Positions 52,645 through 64,000 of a DNA stretch of 64,000 nt are shown in pieces. The stretch is taken from contig NC_043001.1 in assembly GCF_006345805.1 (NCBI RefSeq), positions 27,032,001-27,096,000 of the forward strand, given 5' to 3'. A model generated the notes under the pieces. The model was not told the DNA's origin. It did not search any database and saw only the letters and a list, made by a program, of their open reading frames with translations. The position numbers and the translations under genes are program-made. This stretch comes from Octopus sinensis. Its lineage: Eukaryota. Within the stretch, counting starts at the first letter, position 1. Each line of letters opens with the position of its first letter.

Positions 52645-52808
52645 GTGTGTGTGTGTGAGTGTGTAAAATATAAAAAATATAAAATTACTCTTTAGTATTT
52701 CAAGATATTTTTATGTAATTTTGGTAAATATATCTGTTAAAATGAAATGTCAGTGTTATTTTCATTTTTGCGTAATTTAGTCAACAGTTTATTCACCGCA
52801 GCCTGTAT
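51935..52808 (+). mobile_element. maT/DD37D-like Tc1/mariner 3' remnant interrupted by the inverted host segment
   Basis: WQQDSTPCHTS...WPPNSPDCNPLHYYAWGAVERETN...CNTKDELKARI...RNRLEAVIKANGDFIE; right end ...CACCGCAGCCTG-TA. Confidence 0.85.
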
Positions 52809-53116
52809 ATATATATTATTTTTAACTGCTCATCATTCATTCATCTAACTCATAATACTAACATGCTGTACTTTGATATAAAATAACTTTCGCAATTTGT
52901 AATTCTTTAATTCTTCAAATAACTTTCAAAACCCATAATTCTTAAATCCTCGCACTGTTCTCTCCCTGCTTCATAACCCATGTGTTCCCATACTTTGACA
53001 TGATTTCCTCAGAGAACTCTCACTCTCCCTCTAAAATTCGGAAACATTCTCACCTTGTTTTATAGCTTGTCTTTCTCATTCTTGTCATGATTTCTTCCAG
53101 CAATAAAGTCTTTCAG

Positions 53117-53152
<36 letters not shown>

Positions 53153-55129
53153 CTCTCACTAGTGTCTTCTTACTGCTATTTCTATTTCCTGAGGTGAAGC
53201 TAGCCATTGCTTGTCGGTGATGCGCTCACCCATTCACGCCCCTTCACCTATACCGGGAATCTCTTCTCTTATACTGGAAATTCCTGCAGGGCTCTGCCTC
53301 GCTTCTATACCAGAAGACTTGCATACTCCCACCAATAATCTAAAGCCCTCAAAAAGCCCCCCCCCTCGCCAAAAAAGCTGCTTTTATAGTTTTGGCACTT
53401 TTAAATCCTTTAGTGTTTAAACCGGCCTAAACCCATTGTATCTAATTCCTCTACGAAATCTTTTAAAAAAATTTAAAAAATTACGTTAGTGAATTCTTGT
53501 AGCTTTGAGATAATGTGAGGGATTTTCTTCCATAAAGCACAGAACTGGGAGAAAAGCAAGATTAACTGGGGTGAATGTCAACAGAGAAAATATTGATTTC
53601 CATAAAGTGGAAGAAATAAATGGAGGGAAAAAAGTTGGTAAATATTTCGGTGTGAATGCAAATAAATGTTACGTGGTAGTAGGGCGTGCCAGAAATAGCG
53701 GTCAAATATTTCCTTTTCTGGAAAAAGGAACCGTTTACGCGTGATTTTGATGTCACATTCGTTGGAAGCATGCAAAATAACCTGGAAAAGAAAAAAGACC
53801 CGTAAAATAAAACTCGCTTTGTGGGGAAACTTCGAGGTCCCCCTCACCCTTCCCACCTTCCTTGTCTAGAAAAAAGTGGCTTACAAAGGGTTTGGAGGTC
53901 AGATACGTTGAATACACCCGTAAGAAAAAAACGTAGAAAAAAATCATTCCACACCGAGGTATGAAATATTTACCGAAAGAATAAAATTTTGTACCAATTA
54001 ATTCAAATTAATGTACCTCATCTTGAAAAGTGGCAAAAATTTTGTCGGTTGCCATCTAAGAATATTTTAGTAACAAATCAAACAAGCAAGATGCATTAAG
54101 AATTTCAATTTTAGTGTTTTTCCGTAATATTATAGCTTTTACATCTGTTAATTAAATTTACCTAGCCATAAAAGTCAAATTTACTCAGCAAGATCAGCTA
54201 AAGTTACATAACAATAAACCAGTGGTATATAAAGCACCCACTGACAAAGTTTCCAATCTGTACGTAAAAATTTTACAAAGTTACAAGCAAATATTGTGGT
54301 TACCCCTCTTGGACCTGAACAAATATGCATTACATTTGGCAGATTAATATGAACATTAAAACTATTTTTAGGCTTTTTTTTTCTTGCACACACATATAAC
54401 ATCATCATTCCATAAAATTTGTTTATGGGGAAAAAATAATGAAAAATATCAATAGATGTGTGAGTGAGAAAGAAACGAGGAGGGAGGTTTAGGGATGTGG
54501 TAGAAACAACAGCCAGATCTCCCTTAAATCATACATCTTTTCTCTGAATTTTTTTTAAAACTGAAAATGCTTCTTCCACAGGTTTTAAGTGTGTAGTGAA
54601 AAAAGAAAAAAGACCGAAATCGTTTCGTACTGGGGTGGTGATGGGATGGCGGGAGTGAAAACCTTTTCAAACTTTTTTTCTTTTTTATCGTGAAATGATG
54701 CCTCCCATCATTCTGAAGACTTTGGTGAAAATCATTGGAAAAAATGTCCGTCAAAACGAGGAAATTCCAACTTACGTGGGCCATCTGATCCGAAACACCG
54801 TTTCCCAGAAACTCCCCTCATCCCTGCCAAAGATTTTGCCTACAAATTTCTTTTGTAATCTATACCGTTTGAAAGGTATTTGTATGAAATTTCATTAAAA
54901 AATAACTGTTTTCCAGAAAGTTATGAGGAGGAAATGTCGGGTCCTGTGAATTTTTCGAAACCCCTCTCCCGAAACCCTCGAGAAAACTTTTCCAACAAAT
55001 CTTTACATACACTCAATCTACAGTATACAAGCGATTGTTTGGTGAAAGTTACGTTAAAAAGTATCCATTTTTCAGGAAGTTATGAGTCGACAAAGTCGGT
55101 GGGGTATTAAACTGTAGGTATGCCTTTTT

Positions 55130-55260
55130 CAATAAAAGTTAACGTTAACTTCCGTTGCATTTTCAAAGAATTAACAGATTAACAATTAACGTGGTTGACT
55201 TTTTGGTTAACGGATTAATGATTAACGAAGTTAACTTTTCGATTAACGTTGGCCACCTCA
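55130..55260. mobile_element. hAT-like transposon terminus with TTAAC subterminal repeats
   Basis: Reverse strand begins CTGAGGTGGCCAAC, followed by more than 10 TTAAC/GTTAA motifs in 130 bp. Confidence 0.5.
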
Positions 55261-55391
55261 GCATATGTGTATATATGTATATGTGTGTGTGTGAGTGTGT
55301 ATATATATATTATATATATTATATATATATATATATATATAATATATATATATATATATAGATATATATATATATATAATATATATACATT

Positions 55392-55460
<69 letters not shown>

Positions 55461-55552
55461 GTTAATCCAAAAAGAAAACACAAAAAAACAACGCGAGGAC
55501 GTGGAACAAATATAGTATTATTGGACGCTCAGGAAAGAAGGAAAGAGAGAGG

Positions 55553-55587
55553 GTTTAACGTTTCGAGCGGAGCTCTTTGTCGGAAAC
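55553..55587 (-). ncRNA. Decayed minimal hammerhead motif in a PLE pseudo-LTR remnant (about 55460-55660)
   Basis: Reverse strand gttt CCGACAA a gagc-tcc-gctc GAAA cg TT aaac; same family as 48837-48873. Confidence 0.45.
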
Positions 55588-55987
55588 ATCGGAGAAGGAA
55601 AGATCCAGAGAAGGGAAGACAGAGGAAAAATTCGCCAACGGTACACACGAGGTCACACATATATATATATGTTTGTGTCATGTGTGAATATGTGTGTGCA
55701 TGTACATGTTTCATATATTTTATTGTCATTTTATTTCCTCAAATGTTGTATAAAGAGAAAGCAAAACAAAACGGAATGGAAAGGGTGATGAAATACAACA
55801 GAATAAACAATGGAGCAAGAAACAATTTTGAAGAAATTAGGAATTCAAAGACATCTCATTTGACTAAAGACATTTACCAATCACATCATCATCATCATCA
55901 TCCTCATCATCCTCATCATCCTCATCAACATCATCATCACATCTAATAATATTTTTACTTCCAGTATACATTCTTCCAATCACTTAC

Positions 55988-56062
55988 CTGCATGTTGGCT
56001 TCTATTTTATTCAGGAACAATGGAAGAACAAGAATTACATGAACAAAAATTGATAACTTCAT
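55988..56062 (-). CDS. Coding exon 1 of modular SRCR/CTL/kringle/LDLa protein: signal peptide MKLSIFVHVILVLPLFLNKIEANMQ
   Basis: Acceptor tttttatag at 56071, 8 nt of UTR (GTAACAGG), ATG at 56062, basic residue plus hydrophobic core plus I-E-A cleavage-like site, donor CAG|gtaagt at 55987; ends phase 0. Confidence 0.8.
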
Positions 56063-57328
56063 CCTGTTACCTATAAAAATCTCACTTAAACTCAAGTCTC
56101 TCTGCTAACAGTTGTCAAGCAAGCCACTTTTCTCCTCCGGCTTACTTCTAAAACTGCCACTGTCATCATCACCAACAAACCATTAAATATTTTTTTTTCC
56201 TTATCTTGTGACTTCATTTTCTTCCGAATGTTTATTCTGCATTTCCCACCCTCTGTTTTAAAATCTCAAATGAGGACAATATTGTTACTCTTATCTGGAA
56301 AGAAATAAACACCAGCAACTTGATACAAACTTTGTTTTTATGTCTTGCACAAAAACAAAAACAAAAAATGTATTTACTACATGGGGCATATATGAACTTG
56401 AGTGTGTTAATACACACGCGTGCATGCGGGTGTGTGTATAAATCTCTCTCTTTCTCTCTCTCTGAAGTTATTGAGAAGACCCACCCACTCCTGTGAAACT
56501 GAATTCAAGAAAAGCTGTGTTCTAACTATATGTGTGGAAGAATAGAGATGTAGTTTGGTTTGTTAGGGTAGGGTGTACCAAAGTCTTATTGCTACATATA
56601 ATAAAAATATTTCATTATTATTATATGTAGCAATAAGACTTTTGGTACACCCTACCCAAACAAACCAAACTACATCTCTTCTCTTCCACACATTTCTTCT
56701 TTTACAGTTTATGCTTATCTCTCACTCCCCAATATTGTCCTCACTACCCTGCTCACTGTATCATTGCTGCCCTGTTGTCCCCAGCCCCTTCTGTATATCC
56801 AAGTTTCTTCAGTCACTGCATTCCCCACCCCATACTCTTTGCCGTTCCTTTGAGCGCATAAAGAAACCGGTTCTGCTCTTGGTAATGCGGAGATACATGT
56901 CCCTTTTTCTCTCTCTCTCTCATAGATGAAGAACTAAGAGCCACTTTTACTGGTCACATAATTCTATTGGACCATTTTTTTCTAGCCAAATGGTTCCTGT
57001 TTAGCACCTGTTTGTAGTGGCACCATTTGTGAACCCCACCCTGCAAAAAAAAAAAAAAACAACAACAAAAAAACTGATACTTCTTCACTATTTTTCATTT
57101 CCTTTTTATTTTTTCATTGAGCAACAAATGTGCACGAGTTTATGTGTATAAGGTAGAGAGCTGGTAGAATTGTTACTACATGGGACAAAATGCTCAGCAG
57201 TGTTTTTTCCAGATTTTTCCATCCTGAGCTCAAAGGTTGTCAAGGTTGACTTTGCTTTTCATTGATAAAATAAAGTACTAGTTGAACACTGGGGTCAATG
57301 TAACTGACTTTCCCTTCTCCTCAATATT

Positions 57329-57928
57329 AATTTCTTCATTGCCCACAGGGGGCTAAACCTAGAGGAGACAAACAAGGACAGACAAGGGGATTAAGTCGAT
57401 TATATCGACCCCAGTGCGTAACTGGTACTTATTTAATCGACCCCCGAAAGGATGAAAGGCAAAGTCGACCTCGGCGGAATTTGAACTCAGAACGTAACGG
57501 CAGACGAAATACCTATTTCTTTATTACCCACAAGGGGCTAAACACAGAGCGGACAAACAAGGACAGACATAGGTATTAAGTCGATTACATCGACCCCAGT
57601 GCGTAACTGGTACTTATTTAATCGACCCCCGAAAGGATGAAAGGCAAAGTCGACCTCGGCGGAATTTGAACTCAGAACGTAACGGCAGACGAAATACCTA
57701 TTTCTTTATTACCCACAAGGGGCTAAACACAGAGGGGACAAACAAGGACAGACATAGGTATTAAGCCGATTACATCGACCCCAGTGCGCAACTGGTACTT
57801 AATTTATCGACCCCGAAAGGATGAAAGGCAAAGTCGACCTCGGCGGAATTTGAACTCACAACGTAACGCAGACGAAATACCGCTAGGCATTTCGCCCGGC
57901 GTGCTAACGTTTCTGCCAGCTCGCCGCC
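57329..57928 (-). mobile_element. SINE head-to-tail trimer (unit about 183 bp) with 14-bp TSD, nested in an older related SINE; monomers/dimers at about 17560-17940, 44527-44751, 47310-47650
   Basis: TSD TTCTCCTCAATATT at 57315-57328 and 57929-57942; three repeats of GTTCTGAGTTCAAATTCCGCCGAGGTCGACTTTGCCTTTCATCC. Confidence 0.9.
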
Positions 57929-58315
57929 TTCTCCTCAATATTGCTGGCCTTGTACCAAAATTAGAAAGAATTATTTGTATTTACGTCACTAACGACTGTT
58001 TTCATTTTCCATGTTGGATTATGCTGTCGTATAATTGAATATCTTTTTATTTTATTTTCCGTTGTTGCATTCAAACTGTTTTTTTTTTCTTTTGGGAGCA
58101 GGGAGGAGTTTTCTTATTCTTTGCAGGAAACCAATTTAAATTAGATGTAAACTAAGTATGTTTATACATCTAACAAATGTTAAGGTCAGGCCTTATCAAA
58201 CATTAGGTGTGAGAGTAGACGTCCAGTCCATTCTAGACTGTCCCCTATCGAAAATGGTCAAACAAGAACACTTTTCCGCAGCTATACTCAGTAAAAATAA
58301 ATTTTAAGTGTATAT

Positions 58316-58477
58316 AGGAGTAGGAGTGGCTGTGTGGTAAGTAACTTGCATACCAGCCACATGGTTCCGGGTTCAGTCCCACTGCGTGGCACCTTGGGCA
58401 AGTGTCTTCTACTATAGCCTCGGGCCGACCAAAGCCTTGTGAGTGGATTTGGTAGACGGAAACTGAAAGAAGCCCGT

Positions 58478-58516
<39 letters not shown>

Positions 58517-58528
58517 TATATATATCTG

Positions 58529-58559
<31 letters not shown>

Positions 58560-58760
58560 TGTGTGTTTGTCCCCCCAACATCGCCTGGCAACCGATGCTG
58601 GTGTGTTTACGTCCCCGTAACTTAGTGGTTCGGCAAAACAGACCGATAGAATAAGTATTAGGCTTACAAAGAATAAGTCCTGGGGTCGATTTGCTCGACT
58701 AAAGGCGATGCTCCAGCATAGCCACAGTCAAATGACTGAAACAAGTAAAAGACTAAAAGA
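58316..58760 (+). mobile_element. tRNA-derived CORE-like SINE with internal microsatellite; copies at 63387-63775, 7880-8280, 14850-15050, 34440-34595, 46347-46510, 48460-48600
   Basis: A box TGGCTGTGTGG, B box GGTTCAGTCCC, GCACCTTGGGCAAGTG core-like motif, (TA)n(GT)n middle, tail GTAAAAGA repeats. Confidence 0.85.
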
Positions 58761-59796
58761 AATCTTTTAGGAAATATTACAGATGAAAACCATGAAAAAG
58801 ACAACAAAAAACTAGAAATAATTTTGAAATTAAAAACAATAGAACTTTTCTACAAGATGATTCCCGTGGACCAGCTAATGTACATCAAAAAGATGAAACA
58901 ATGACGAAATGACAACAGTAAAATACACAAACTTGACCATCGCAGATTTAATAAAATCCAATATGAGCATCAATATCACCGTGTTAACCGAGATAGTTTA
59001 TACAGTAGACCCTGTAACAAAAGAAAGTGAGTTCTCCTTCAGATCTACTTCTATAGCAATATCGAAATTCAAGCAAAGCAAAATGAAAAACAACTATACA
59101 GAAAAAAGATTTTTAAAGATCTCTCAGTCCTTAATGAAATCAATAATGAGATGACAATTAAAGGAAAAAAGTATAGAAATATAAAAAAGAAGAAAAAGAG
59201 AGTATCCGAAATCAAAGAACGCCTGAAACAAGAGATCTGGTATAAAGATCCAAAAATCCGATGGCAGACAAGCGGAGTCCAACCCAAAATGATTTCACTA
59301 ACAGTTAAGTAAAGATAAAATAGAAACAAATACAACACCGATTGTAAAAGGTGTAGCATTTACAGGTGATTATAGTCATTGAAGGAATTACTACGAGCAA
59401 GATTGTTCTAGACGAACAGTTTTGAAGAAAAAATAGGAGAAACAAAAAAGTATACCGAGATCTCTGGAGATATGCTGTGACTGCGAAGACCCGACAAATA
59501 ACGTGAGTTCATGGCTGCTTCCTGCACCAGCCCATCCAAAGTATCTTGGATCGCAGAACGGCCTGCTGTGCTTACCTTGGATTGTAGGGTGACCTGCTGT
59601 GCTTGAGGAGACCTATTGAGTCAAGTACATCAACATCAAATAAAAATCAAATGGAAATTATAGTTGTGATACCCATGCCGGTGGTACGTAAAAAGCACCA
59701 TCCGCACGTCGCCGATGGAACCTGGTGCAGCCTCCTGGCTTCCCAGACCCGGTCGAACCGTCCAACCCATGCTAGCATGGAAAACGGACGTTAAAC

Positions 59797-59842
<46 letters not shown>

Positions 59843-59958
59843 TAAAAAGACTCAACTGGAACTACAGAATGCCATGGTTAAACGATCAGAAGAGCCTTTA
59901 CATGGCAACAACCTAACCTCTTGGCCAGCACCTTCACACACACAAACACACACACACA

Positions 59959-60028
<70 letters not shown>

Positions 60029-61869
60029 CACACGTCATTAGTCACAAGGCTATGAAAATGTTTCTATGGTAACAGTAAAGAAATGGGGGCGGTAAAACAA
60101 CAATCTCTTACACTGAGTTGACGAAACAAACTTCAGTAAAGAGGAAACTTCTCTGTACTCTGACTGGAAAAGAACTTATGCAAACTTGTACGCCTTCACT
60201 ATACTACTTCTTACCAGAATCTACAAATCTTCCAGAACTCGCCATACACATCCGATCGTATTGGATGCCCGTCGTAGAAAAGACGTCGGTCAAAAGATTT
60301 GAATTTTACATGACGTCTCTTCTCCCTCATGTCCAGTGCCCTGATGTCTCATTTCGATGCCGATTTAACTACCCTACACACCCCCGATCGAAAGATCACT
60401 TCACTATCCTTTCATTCTATTTCAAAATCGTCCATCTACCCAGGTGGACGTCACTCTCTTTGTGATCTCCGCAAGGTTGTGGGGCTGTCCTCTCCCTCTC
60501 CTTTCCCCATTTTATCACCAAGTTCACGCCCTTCAATACAGAGCCCACTTCAGCTACATTGATGTGATTGCAGTCATCCTTTTTCCCTAGCCATGCTGCA
60601 TCTTTCATCTCAACATTTTCCATTTCTAAAATGATTCTTATTACTATGCTACATTACACCATAGAATTTCCCTTTTTGTTTCGACATTAGCAATTATGAG
60701 AGGAGAGAAAAGTTGATAACATTGATTCCAGTGCACAACTGGTACTTATTTTATCGACCACGAAAGGATGAAGGATAAAGTTAGCCTCGGGGAAACAACG
60801 AGCTAGAGAAAATACAGCAAAACAATTTGTCCGACACGCTGTTCAGTTTGATGTACATTAAACACAAAATAGAGGATTGCTGTGCGGTATTCAGGACTCA
60901 TTTAGAAAGAAAAATGATATGAGATTGTTTTTGGTTACTTCGGTAAATAACACCTACCTGTATCGTACTACAAAAGCGACGCAGTATGTTTAAGCATAAG
61001 CTTGAGTTGTAATGCTCCACGTAGTGTGATATGAGCTCCTTGACAGATGTTAATGCGTCGGTTCAAATTGATTTTCATCTCGTCCTTTGTTTTGAGTATT
61101 ACGCATACGATTTCAGAGTATCGTCATCAATCAGCGGAGAATGTTATCCCACACAATGGTCAGAGTTGCATACAGTTGCTTTTTCGTATGGATGGGAAAT
61201 GCTCTTTTGTTATAAGACGCAGAGATAAATTTTCTCTTTTACTTGTTGTTCGATAAGGGGCTGAAGTATGGACGTGCCTTCCTTTGTCACACAAGTTTAC
61301 CAAACAAATATTTTATCTGCCTGATAATCTATGTGTATGGCCTGTTTATTTGAGATGTCTCCAGAGAATGTAGGAAGGCTGGAAATGCTTTCACTGTTTC
61401 TCAACTCGAACTGTCAATGCATTCTTTCGTTAAATGCGTGCGTATGCACATGTAATTGTTGTTGTCAATATTGTTATTTTTATTGGAGAGTTTAAATTGT
61501 TCAAAATTATTTTATTCTCTGTTACAAAACTATTAATGGTTTCTTGTGAAATAGATATTTTCAGCAGAGGAATTAGTTCATTTTTCTGTATACTATCGGT
61601 AAAAACATGTTTCTTTCCATTCGGAAATTTTCGTGGGAACATATATTACATACTGCAATTATTTAGCTTGTTTTTGAGTGGTAGAAAATAAATTATATTT
61701 TTTCGCAAATTAAAGTTATTTTTTTTTTTTACTCCAAATAAAAAAGAATTGCAAACAATTTCATTACTATCGCACGATTTGAAAAAAAGAAGTCTTTTCA
61801 CGTAATTTACCTAACAACAATCCATGATATTGGAGACTAGACAAAACATTTTCGACAATCTCAAAAAAT

Positions 61870-62310
61870 TATGTTGGAAAGATGTCTTTTTATGGATGTT
61901 GCAGCCCCCAGCTGACAAAAACGCGTCTCTGCAAACGTTTGAAAAACTGGACAATTATAAGGACAAGGAGATAGAAATCAGAAGAATGTGGTATCTCAAA
62001 GCAAAAATATTACCTTCTGTTATTGCAGCACTTGGAATGGTATCAAAAGGAAAAAAAAACTAATATGTAGACCAAATTCCTGGCAGTTCCCAAATAAGTG
62101 AAATGCGGATCATACTTCTTGTAAATAATATCTTATTCATTCGGTTTTATTATGAATCTTATAAAAAGAAATAAAGTTTTGTAACACAAAAACATCATTT
62201 TTTCAATTGTATGACATCTCACTGCTTGCACCTAAATGCGAAAAAATGTCCTTTGACGTCGTGTCTGGTTAAGATTTTGGTGTAGCTAATCCAAATTAAA
62301 GCAAAGGCAG
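61870..62310 (+). mobile_element. Old degenerate R4/Dong-type RLE fragment
   Basis: PADKNASLQTFEKLDNYKDKEIEIRRMWYLKAKILPSVIAALGMV aligns with the two fragments above. Confidence 0.65.
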
Positions 62311-62504
62311 TACACGACAGGCACTTATTCCTCGGCGAAATTTGAACTCTGAGCGTTCAAATTTCGCCGAGGTCGACTAGGTCGTTCATCCTTTGTGGGT
62401 CGATGAAGTAAATACCAGTCTAGTAGGGGTGGGGGTAGACATGTAATCAACAAGTCCCCTCCCCCAAAATTATGCCTGTAGTAGAAAGAATTATTATTAT
62501 TATT

Positions 62505-63045
62505 ACTGAGTAAGAGAGCAGAGCATGCCATCAAAGTGACACTGGGGTAAAATATACGAAGCCCAGTATACCCACCATGACTACCTGGCTGATAAGGGTA
62601 CACCAGGCACATGCATCACAACCATATGTGCGCGATATGGTAATCTCATATCAAGATAAACAGCACATGACCTTGCAGGTGGGTTCCAGTTAGGATTTTC
62701 TTCTGGTCGAGTAGCCCATCTCGCTCAAAAGGTCCCTGAATAAGGGTTGTTTAAGGATGTTGAACGAACCACCCATGTTTCCAGAGGTGAATTATTAAAA
62801 CCCCAAAGAATCCCTCTCAACACACGACTATGATGCTCCCCCACTACTTCTGCTCGTGGTCAGAGATGCACATATCGTCAGCCACTCAGGGTATATACTC
62901 AACTGGTTAAGGTCAAACAACTGACAAGCAAATCTGTGGTATTGAGCTGAATATTTGCTGTAGCCCATCTTTTATACCAAGACAAAACAATGTACATGAT
63001 AACACTTCCAATCAATTAAGATCAGAAGCCATGAGAGTACTGTTA
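62505..63045 (-). mobile_element. About 540-bp non-coding interspersed repeat flanked by (TAA)n; other copies at about 12915-13160, 13170-13640, 23711-24170, 24316-24775 (+)
   Basis: Shared sequence ...TTAACTGATTGGAAGTGTTATCATGTACA...CCCCAGTGTCACTTTGATGGCATG in five places, next to (TAA)n/(CAA)n tracts. Confidence 0.85.
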
Positions 63046-64000
63046 TTATTATTATTATCATTATTATTATTATTATCATCATCATCATCATCATTATTAC
63101 GACAATGACGACAATGATGACAATGATGATGATGAGGATGATGATTATGTCTAATTTTGACACAAGGTCTGCATTTTAAAGAGATGTGAGGGAAACTATT
63201 GATACTGTCTACCCCAGTACTTGACTGCCGCATCACGGAATCTGATTGAGATGTAGGTAGTGTGGATTCTAATTGCTGCATACATCTGAATGTAGCAAAT
63301 AATTCGAGTTACAGTTTGAAAGGAACACGGGCACTAGAAGTTGTGTATATTGAAGTCACATTAGATACTAAGTCCAGAAAGTGGAGAGTAAGTAGCTTGC
63401 TTACCAACCACATGGTTCCGGGTTCAGTCCCACAGCGTGGCACCTTGGGCAAGTGTCTTCTACGATGCCTCGGGCCGACCAAAGCCTTGTGAGTGGATTT
63501 GGTAGACGGAAACTGAAAGAAGCTCGTCGTATATATGTATAGATATATATGTATGTGTGTGCGTATATGTTTGTGTGTCTGTGCTTGTCCCTCCAACATC
63601 GCTTGACAACCGATGCTGGTGTGTTTACGTCCCCGTCACTTAGCTGTTCGGCAAAAGAGACCTATCGGATTAGTACTAGGCTTACAAATTAGTCCTGGGG
63701 TCGATTTGCTCGACTAAAGGCAGTGCTCTAGCATGGCCACACTCAAATGACTGAAACAAGTAAAAGACTAAAAGAATTCCGGTTCTGAAGAGGGTTCGTA
63801 GAATTACACTTTTCTATGTATTTGTTCCTTCCCCAAGGCAACAAGGTTTAATTTGCGTCTATTTCTATAAAATCGATTGACCGCATAGAGGTTACCTAGT
63901 TGGCGTAATACTCAGACCACCTGTAGCTTTGCACAGTTCCCTTCGACAATAAAGGAAAAAAACGTATCATTGTAAAATTAAGTAGAGCATTCAGTGGCAT

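Noticed and set aside
58316-58390. tRNA genes suggested by A/B boxes
   Set aside because: These are SINE heads continuing into repeat bodies; no complete cloverleaf.

Overview
AT-rich, intron- and repeat-dense animal genomic DNA. The repeat landscape (tRNA-derived SINEs, RTE LINEs with (GAT)n tails, abundant (TA)n/(CA)n/(TAA)n) suggests an octopus/cephalopod assembly; this is inference. The ORF track is almost all microsatellite noise. Reading the minus strand by hand reveals one large spliced gene: 15 phase-compatible GT-AG coding exons from 56062 down to 3511 (1759 nt, about 586 aa, continuing off the left edge). It encodes signal peptide - SRCR (group A) - C-type lectin - kringle - S/T linker - LDLa - kringle - S/T linker - LDLa. 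This resembles the N-terminal part of Tequila/SP22D-type modular serine proteases. The two kringles are about 97% identical, with nearly all differences non-synonymous, whereas the two LDLa modules are old paralogs. The introns carry Penelope-like element remnants with several minimal hammerhead ribozyme motifs. These include one fully canonical type I copy and a back-to-back inverted pair whose core has the compensatory G3-C8 swap. Also present: R4/Dong-type LINE fragments sitting in (TAA)n, a small Helitron, mariner relics, a SINE concatemer inserted as one unit, and several tandem duplications, some probably assembly artefacts.
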